Assembly (NCBI GenBank): GCA_013416795.1 | Contig: RQSC01000998.1 | Span: forward strand, 1-61,574 | Direction: 5' to 3' | Origin: Prasinococcaceae sp. CCMP 1430 | Taxonomy: Eukaryota; Plantae; Prasinodermophyta | Length of the DNA: 61,574 bases | Shown: in pieces, positions 54,664-61,574 of the stretch | Layout: each line of letters starts with the position of its first letter | Numbering within the stretch: position 1 is the first letter of the stretch | Position numbers and translations under genes: made by a program | Notes under the pieces: generated by a model | The model's input: only the letters and a program-made list of their open reading frames with translations | What the model was told of the DNA's origin: nothing | Database searches by the model: none

Positions 54664-55581
54664 CTAGGCCTTCCGCACGAAGTCCAGTATCGCCCTCTGG
54701 AGCGCCTCTGGCTGCTCGATCATGGGGAGGTGCGCCACCCCCTCCATTGACTCGTGGAGCACATCCGCGCCCATCTCCCTCAGCCGGCTCACCAGCGCTC
54801 GAGCGCTCGACGGGGGAATGACCTTGTCCTCCTCGCCGCTCACCACCAGGATGCGCCCGCAGGCTGCGACGGCGTCAGCCGCGTGCGCCTCGGTAATCGG
54901 TTTGTAGTGGCCATAGAACCCCTGACACACTCGAAGGTCGTCGCGCCTGTTGTGAGCGAGACAGAGCTTGCGCAGAGAGCCATCTTTGTCTCCCTCGTTG
55001 AAGATGGCGGCGTCGGCGAAGCCGTTGCTGAGGGAGCTACGCAGCATTCTCAGCGCAAAGAGGGGCAACCACCGAAACAGAGCACGAGCGCTGGACACCG
55101 CCGCCCCGGGCAGATCGTCTGGGCACACGAGCACTGCAGAGGCGGGCTTGAGTTGCGCCGCCGTGGCGAGAGCAACCTGGCAGCCGAAGCTGTGCCCCAC
55201 GACGACGACCTGTCGCGCCGCGCCTCGCCGCTGTTCCACGACGCGCACTGCGTCCTCGTACAACTCCTGGCTGGCGTACGCAGCTCCACCTCGCGGTCTG
55301 CTGGACTCACCGCATCCAAGCGTGTCGAATGCGACCACGCGCATGCCCGCCGCCTTTGCAGCGGCGAGGAGCGCCGAAGATTGCCGCCAGGTAGCCATGC
55401 TCCCGTGGAAGAGCGCCAGCAGCGTGTGCGCGTCCGCGTCGCCGCACTCGATGACGCTGAGCTCCCTCCCCGCTCGGACCACGCTGCGCTCAACGCGCGC
55501 ACCCAGCGTGCTCAGCGCGGCGCCGAGGACTGCATGGCGGGCGTAGAGCGCATCGTACGAATCTGCGCCGGCGGCGGCCAT
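54664..55581 (-). CDS. Alpha/beta-fold hydrolase
   Basis: FHGS, D.LGCGES, GHSFG nucleophile elbow, GEEDKV, AHLPM. Confidence 0.85.
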   Translation of the reverse strand: MAAAGADSYDALYARHAVLGAALSTLGARVERSVVRAGRELSVIECGDADAHTLLALFHGSMATWRQSSALLAAAKAAGMRVVAFDTLGCGESSRPRGGAAYASQELYEDAVRVVEQRRGAARQVVVVGHSFGCQVALATAAQLKPASAVLVCPDDLPGAAVSSARALFRWLPLFALRMLRSSLSNGFADAAIFNEGDKDGSLRKLCLAHNRRDDLRVCQGFYGHYKPITEAHAADAVAACGRILVVSGEEDKVIPPSSARALVSRLREMGADVLHESMEGVAHLPMIEQPEALQRAILDFVRKA

Positions 55582-56004
55582 GCCGGCGCGCCGCGCCTCA
55601 CATCGGCGCCGAGTGGCGTGATGGTCGTGTCAGTGCCTCCAGGGGCGGCTGGGCATCGCACCCGCTGGTCCGTGAGCGCTGCCACGCCCCTCTGCAGCGA
55701 GCGTCGGGTTTCACACGTGTCGATCTGGAAGAGATCTCCCGTGGGGAATCCAAAAGAATTTAGACTACTTGCTATGCCTATGATCTAGATTTGGTGTGTG
55801 TGTGTGTGTGTGTGCTGCGCGCGTGCGCGCACGTTCGAGCCTGTGCGTGTTTGCGTGTTTGCGTGCATGGGGGCGCGCACGCGCGATGGCGCTGCTGGTC
55901 GTGCTCGCCGGCCCATGCGCGTGAGGCTGCGCCCCTGAGTGGTCTCACGCTGCAGTGCTGCTGTCCCCGTCAGGGCGGGCTCCCGCTGCGCGTGGCGGCG
56001 ACGG

Positions 56005-56709
56005 TCACGGCGCAGACTTCTTCTGTTCCGCCTGCCTCGCGTCGCACCTGTCTTCCCGCGTCGAAGGCGCGGCCGGGAGCGCCAGCGCCTGCGGCTGTAC
56101 TGGGAGGCTGGCGGGCGCCTCGCCCGCTTCCCCTCGAGCGTTAACGTAGAGCGAGAGGGCGATCGTCCAGCCGAACGAGCACGAATTCGCAAACACCACC
56201 CTCAAGGGGGGCGGCACGTATAGGAAATTCACGTACATGGCGGGCACCATGACGGACCACGCTCCGAGCGTGGAGTCGCGCCACTTCTCTCGGAATCGCT
56301 GCGTGATGGTGTCGAGGTCGTCGCCCCGCCACAGCCCAGTCGAGTAGTAGAACACTGGCATGTAGCTGAACGGCGCCTGGAGGCCCATGTCAACCGCCAC
56401 CTTGGCGGCGGCTTGCACGGCCCTCGGCCGCCCCGCAAGGGTCCTGTGCACCCCGGATGACACCGCGGCGAACCAGCGCGGAATGAACATGCCGCTATAG
56501 AAGCAGCCGAACACGCTGAAGGCGGATGTCCTGCGCCAGTCCACGTCCTTCAGCTCGCACCCCTCGCCGACCGTCTGCGCGACGAGATCCGCGCTGGTCG
56601 CCAGCCCCGCGCTCACCGCGGGCTGGAGCAGCACGTAGCGCGAGAGTGCGCTCGTGTAGGCCGCCAGCAGCCTGCCCACCACTGTGGGATTGCTCCCGGG
56701 GGGCACCAT
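56005..56709 (-). CDS. Mpv17/PMP22 family membrane protein
   Basis: ADLVAQ, DWRRT, KVAVD, W.VMVPA..VNF.YVP..LRVVFAN. Confidence 0.85.
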   Translation of the reverse strand: MVPPGSNPTVVGRLLAAYTSALSRYVLLQPAVSAGLATSADLVAQTVGEGCELKDVDWRRTSAFSVFGCFYSGMFIPRWFAAVSSGVHRTLAGRPRAVQAAAKVAVDMGLQAPFSYMPVFYYSTGLWRGDDLDTITQRFREKWRDSTLGAWSVMVPAMYVNFLYVPPPLRVVFANSCSFGWTIALSLYVNARGEAGEAPASLPVQPQALALPAAPSTREDRCDARQAEQKKSAP

Positions 56710-57057
56710 AGCGTGCCGGCGAGCGGCAGCACTTCGGCCGCCCTCCACCTGGAGCGCGCGCCCGCGCTCACGCCCGCGCCCACGCGCCTCCTCCCTCTGC
56801 CTGGCACCTGCCCCTCTCCTCACTCACCCGCCCGGCTCAAACCCCTCATCCACCCCCCGCGCCAATACCCCCCACCCCTTCCCCCCCACTCACTCACACA
56901 CCCGCTACCGCCGCGGCCGCCGCTCGCCCGCGGTGTGCCGCGCGCACGAGCGCAGGCGTGCGCGAGCGAGCGCGCCACGCAAACATCAGCGTGTCAGTTG
57001 AAGAGGAAGACACGCGTGCAGCCGCGTGCGCCGAGCCTCGAGCGCATCCCGCGCACC

Positions 57058-57305
57058 TGGATTTATCTGCAGCTCGCCCAATGTGAGCGTGGCGATGGAG
57101 GCCACCAGCCACATCATGTTCGCCTTGCGCTCGAACACGCAGCTGTCGTCGGTGCACGTCACCCGCGTAGTAGCCGAGCCCGCCGCAATAATCACTTGAG
57201 ACAAGAACAGCGTGGCAGCGCCAAATGCCATCTTCCTGATCGTGTGGGGCTCGCGGCCGCGCGCGTCAAGCCGCGAGTACGTGCCCTGCACGAGCGGTGT
57301 GAACG
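57058..57305 (-). CDS. Fragment resembling a POT/PTR2 peptide transporter
   Basis: FTPL...KMAFG...MMWL...LTLGELQINP resembles PTR2 C-terminal helices; bounded by the N at 57306 and a GTGCGC donor; orphan fragment. Confidence 0.4.
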
Positions 57306-57306
57306 N

Positions 57307-58074
57307 GGGCCGGCGCGGCGCGCGGCGGCGCGCGCAGCCGCGGGGGGCAGGAGCCCCTATGAGGTGCTCGGCGTGTCGCGCCAGGCGAGTGCAAAGGAGA
57401 TCAAGAGCGCCTTTCGCAAGCTCGCGCTCAAGATTCACCCAGACGTGAGCAAAGCGCCCGATGCCGCGGAGCGCTTCGCGGAGGCCAAGGAGGCGTACAA
57501 CGTGCTCTCGAACGACGAGCGGCGCCGGCAGTACGACATCGGGGCGGGAGGATTCGGCTTCGGCTTCGCCGAGGACGGCGGCGGTAGCGGGAGTGGGTAC
57601 ACCAGCGGCAGCTACGGCGGCGTAGGTGGCAGGCGGTATTCCCGCAGGCCGAAGCAGCGCAAGGCAGAGCCCAAAGAGGACTTCTACGGCCTGGGCGACT
57701 TCTTCAAGGATCTCGGCGACGACCTCGACCGCATGGCCGAGAAGCGAGAGAAGCGCACCGGCCGTCGCGAGCCCGCGTCGCTTTGGGAGGAGCTCGCCGA
57801 CCTGGGGGAGGAGTTCGTGGAGTTCCTAGAGGAGGGCGCGAGCGAGAAGGAGAAACAAGCCGCGGCCAGGAGGGCGGCCGCGCAAGCCGAAATGGACGAC
57901 GTCGACAGGGCCGCGCGCGCGGCGACCAGCGCGCGAGGCGGCGGCGCCTCGGGCGGAGCTGGCAGCGCGTCGCAGGGCGCGAGTGCAGGCTCCGGCGCAC
58001 GCAGGGCAGGCGCTGGCGACGATGCGAGCGTCGACGAGATGCTCGCCAAGCTCAAGCGCGAGATGGGGCTCTGA
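57307..58074 (+). CDS. DnaJ (J-domain) protein, type III; 5' truncated at N
   Basis: PYEVLGV...[17 protein letters not shown]...YNVLS...RRQYD; C-terminus [10 protein letters not shown]. Confidence 0.88.
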   Translation, partial: GPARRAAARAAAGGRSPYEVLGVSRQASAKEIKSAFRKLALKIHPDVSKAPDAAERFAEAKEAYNVLSNDERRRQYDIGAGGFGFGFAEDGGGSGSGYTSGSYGGVGGRRYSRRPKQRKAEPKEDFYGLGDFFKDLGDDLDRMAEKREKRTGRREPASLWEELADLGEEFVEFLEEGASEKEKQAAARRAAAQAEMDDVDRAARAATSARGGGASGGAGSASQGASAGSGARRAGAGDDASVDEMLAKLKREMGL

Positions 58075-58174
58075 CGGCGCAGGCTTTGCGACGCCCCTCC
58101 CGTCGCTCGCGTCACGCCCGCGCGCCCGCGCGGCGTCATGCCATGTACCAATACACACATTTAAAGAATGACAT

Positions 58175-59191
58175 TCAGTACGATGCGAGCGCCTTGTCGC
58201 TCATGGGCGGCGGCTGGTTCCACCTGTCCTGTCTGGCTGTCGCGTAGAGGTCGTGGTCGGTGTGCAGCCACTCGTGGTAGGCCTCGAGCGTGGTGTAGCG
58301 GCGCGCCTTCTCGGCAGCATCGGCCGTCGAGGCGGCCTCGCGCTCGCGTCGCGCCTCAAGCACGTCCTCAGCCAGCCCCGCATCGGGCGTTGCCTCGTAC
58401 GTCAGCGCCACCTGCGCGTCGGGCGCGCACATGCCCTCAAGGCCGTACACCCACTCGTGCAGCACTCGCGAGCGCGGCATGTGGAACTCGGACGTGACGA
58501 CTGTGACGTTGCGCCATCGCCGCGGTACGGCGTGCTGCGCGGCGACGTAGTAGGCGTTGCCCACCGTGTCGTGCGAGCTCCACTCCTTCAGGATCCTGTC
58601 GGGAGCCACGCCGCACTTCTCGACGAGGTACTCGGCGCATATCAAAGACTCCCAACGCACGTAGCCCGTCTCGGATAGCGGCGGCGGCTTGTGCGGCGTT
58701 CCGCCACCAGAGCACACCACGTAGCCCCTGCCACCCTGCGACGCATGGAGCTCGGCGGCACGGTCCAGGCGATTGACTACCCATGGTGGGAGGCCGCCCT
58801 CGGCGGTCAGCCCTCCCGCCAGGATGATGATCGCGTCGGCCTCACCTGCGTCGGCCGGGACCCACTGCGCCGCCGCACGTCGCGGCCCAGTTGCCGACGG
58901 AGAGGCGCAATCGTAGGAGTATTGCATCGGTGGGTCAGCGGAGCGTCAGAAGGAGCGGCGCACGAGCGCGCACGGCACGCGCACCGGTGATGCACTTGGC
59001 TCGCGCTGCGCGCTCACCTGCTCGGCCGCCGCACACACGCCACGCAGCTGTCCTCCGTGGCTAGGGCGCGATCCCCGCGCTGGTCCCCGCGCCGGCGCCC
59101 GCGTCGCAGAATGCAGCGGCCGCGCGCCACCGGCCCTCGCGCGCGACGCTGCTGCCGCGGCGCCGCGCATCATTGCGGTCACCGCGGCCAT
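58175..59191 (-). CDS. DUF218/YdcF-like protein with transit peptide; exons 59191-59018 and 58864-58175
   Basis: DAIIILAGG, RLDRA, CSGGG, EWSSHDTVGNA, VVTSEFHMPR; phase-0 GT-AG intron. Confidence 0.85.
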
Positions 59192-59359
59192 CGCGCCGCC
59201 GACGCCACGTGCTGCTGCCGCGCGCGCACCGCGCAGTGTGGCCGCGCACGGACAAGCCGACGGCTCGCGTGGTCGCGAGAATTCACTGGACCCTCAACCG
59301 CAACCATACCAAAAAAAGCGGTTTAGGGTCACCTTGACCTAAAGTTCTAATTAACGCTA

Positions 59360-60540
59360 TCACGAGCAGTCCTCAGCCACGCCGGCGGTGCGCCACCCGC
59401 CACCCGCTGCAGCGTCGCGCTCGAGCGTCCAGAGCAGGCTATGCCGGTCGCCATCGCCCACCTCGAGCAGCACGGACACTTCTGAGCAGCCGGCGGTGAT
59501 GGTAGCTCCAAGCACCTCTGCCTCCCCCGCCTCTGGGCCGAGCAGAGCAGCGAAGGTGGAGTGCCCACGCAGGACGGCGCCGAATTGCGCAGGGCCACCC
59601 AGGCGCTCCTGGTTCCCCGCGCTGCAAAGCGCGAACGCTGCCTCCACACCGGCGTCGCCACCCACCCGCAGGCACGCGAGCTGTGCTCGCACAACTTCCA
59701 GCGCAGCCTCTTTCCCCTTTGGCGGCGATGGCGCCTTCTCTCTCTCGACGCCGACGGCCGAGCCAGCGACGGCGGCAGCGCGGGCGGGGGTGGGGTCAGC
59801 AGCAGCGGCTGCGCTAGGGACGTCCGTGCCGTCCTCCGGCGGATACAGCGCGAGCGTCTCCTCGAGCGAGAGGAGGTAGGGTGTGCCGGCGTGGCCGTAG
59901 TGCCCGAGCAGCCCGTTGTGGAGTGCCTCCGCGAGCACCTCCGCGGACTCCACCACCCGCGGCCCGCTGCGGTTGAAGAGGCTGCTACCGTCCGTCACCC
60001 ACACGCCAGTGTCGCCGCTAGCTTCGAGGCCGCGCAGCGCTGCGAGCAGCTCTGGGCAGCGGCGCAGCTCCCTTGCCACGCGCGATGCGTCGAAGCCACA
60101 GAGCGCAAGTACAATCGCGTCCAGAGGCGTGGACAGCAGCTCCTCCACGCCGCCCCACAGCGTTGGCGTCTTGCCGTCAACCGCAGCGTGCACGGGCACG
60201 CCCCCGGCCAGCTCCACGATCTCGGGAAGCCAGTCGGCGCAGCCCATGATCGGCGCGCACCACTCAAGGAGCGCGACCCTCGGTTTCATCGCCACGCCCC
60301 GCGCCACCTCTGCCACGTCCGCGCGCACCTCTGCCAGCCGACGGTCAAGTCGCTTGCGCAGCTTTGCCCCGCGCGCTGGGGCGCCCACTGCTGCCGCCAC
60401 GCGCTCCACGTCGTCCAGCACGCCCTCCAAGGTCTTCGGCCTGAGCACGAGCATTGGCGCGTCGGTATCGACAATGCCGGGCGTGACAGCGCACACACTG
60501 CATTGGTTCTGCATGGATTGGTTGCGGAGAAGACGGAGGT
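59360..60540 (-). CDS. BtuF-like (cobalamin/Fe-siderophore) substrate-binding protein fused to a DUF4864-like domain; 5' truncated at the N at 60541
   Basis: QNQCSVCAV, P.TL..V..D, LEW..P, WLPEIVELAGG, LCGFD, DGSSLFNRSGPRVVESAE; then EVVRAQL..LR...AFAL.S..N. Confidence 0.75.
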
Positions 60541-61574
60541 NGGATGGAGCGAAAACTCTGGCGGGGCGAAGGGGAGGGGGCGCCCGGGCGCAGGCGGGAG
60601 AGTGTCCACGGATGAGGGCGGCGGACGCACCGTCGTGGCGCGCGCGCGTGCGCGCCTCGCCTCTGCCCTTGTGCGCCGCGCGTGCGCTGTGGCGGCGAGC
60701 CCATGAACGCCGAGGGGTGTTGACGCTCGCGCTGGCGAAGGGCGAAGGCCATAAACCTCAAACAATCTAACCCAAAGGGGGTGCTCAGAGCGTTTTCTTG
60801 CAGGGGGTCGTGCTGGAACGAATGTTACTCGAGGCCGCGGGGGGGGGGGGATGCCCACGGCGTATGAGCCCAGGGGGCACTCATCTGCGTTTGCGGCTCC
60901 GAGGGCTTTAAAATTTTGCTTGGATGAGCAGGCGAAGGGGCGCGCGCCTGCGCGGTCCGCCGAGGCGCGAAAGCGCGGGCCGGCTGCGCTTCCGGCGCCC
61001 GCGCGTGGCGCTAAGGCGAGGGCGCGTCCGCGGCGGCTGGGCGCCGCCGCTCGCCCGCCCAATTCGCCCGAATCCGCCGCGGCGCAGCGGAACATGCGGC
61101 CCACGGCGGCGCTGAAGCCGCGCGCCATCCGAAACGTGTGCGCGCTCGGCGCGCCGCTTCGACGTACTGCAGCAACCCTACCATCTGCCCTCAAACCGAA
61201 ACCCAAACTAAGAGGGCGCGCCCGCGCCGCCGGCCAGCCAGCGCGCGCGAGCCCCGCTCGGGCCCCGCCGGCCGGGCCGACGCCGGGGCCGCATGCACGT
61301 CCGAATCGACGAAATCATCCGTATCGCGCGCGCGAGCCCTTCGAAGGGGCGAAGAGTCCCGCAGTCGCCCCGAGGGTTTTTGGCTCTGACTGACGTGCTG
61401 GGCACACCCCTGCCTGTCGTCGATCGAGCCAGCCAGAGTCCAGCGCACGAGCCCCCCCGGTGCGGGGCCCAGGTGGGGGGCGCCACAGCGCGGCGGGGCG
61501 CTGAGGCTGTGGCCGGCGGGCGTGGCCTTTGAACGCGGCATAATACAAGGGCGTCGTTCCCTCGTCATCGGCTC

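Noticed and set aside
55794-55814. (GT)n microsatellite and other short simple repeats
   Set aside because: Ordinary simple sequence repeats.
87-61568. Many long overlapping or antisense ORFs rich in Arg/Ala/Gly/Pro (e.g. 9270-10988, 13815-15635, 30518-32191, 36537-38276)
   Set aside because: Expected shadow ORFs: high GC and GC3 bias deplete stop codons, and no recognisable motifs are present.

Overview
Gene-dense, very GC-rich eukaryotic nuclear DNA. It is not prokaryotic: there are spliceosomal GT-AG introns with GTGCG donors and GCTGAC-like branch points, TGTAA polyadenylation signals and TTTAGGG motifs, which fit a prasinophyte-type green alga. About 28 protein-coding loci are recognisable. 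Most are housekeeping: NSE3/MAGE, bL21, JmjC, BTB, rhodanese-FSH1, SEC14, DENN, CUE-Smr, COX10, SCYL1, an aldo-keto reductase, an RluA-type pseudouridine synthase, NOP58, DUS2, CDH1/FZR, USP14, a gamma-CA-like complex I subunit, an alpha/beta hydrolase, Mpv17, DnaJ and DUF218. The most unusual items are: (1) a secreted polyprotein with 7 pacifastin-like and 5 Kazal inhibitor domains, diversified P1 residues and RxxL processing sites; (2) a complete torsin-family AAA+ ATPase, a family usually described as animal-specific; (3) a 556-bp non-coding element of two tandem units with identical ends and unrelated cores, flanked by a TGTAA duplication; (4) a protein with about 12 EF-hands fused to a DUF4347-like domain; (5) a BtuF-like binding protein fused to a DUF4864-like domain. 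The assembly is locally unreliable: it has two N gaps, six single-N joins, a 1.59-kb exact duplication and orphan gene fragments, so some apparent fusions (JmjC-NSE3, the CDH1 N-terminus) are probably artefacts. No tRNA, rRNA or CRISPR array was found. Family calls come from motif recognition by eye, not from database searches.
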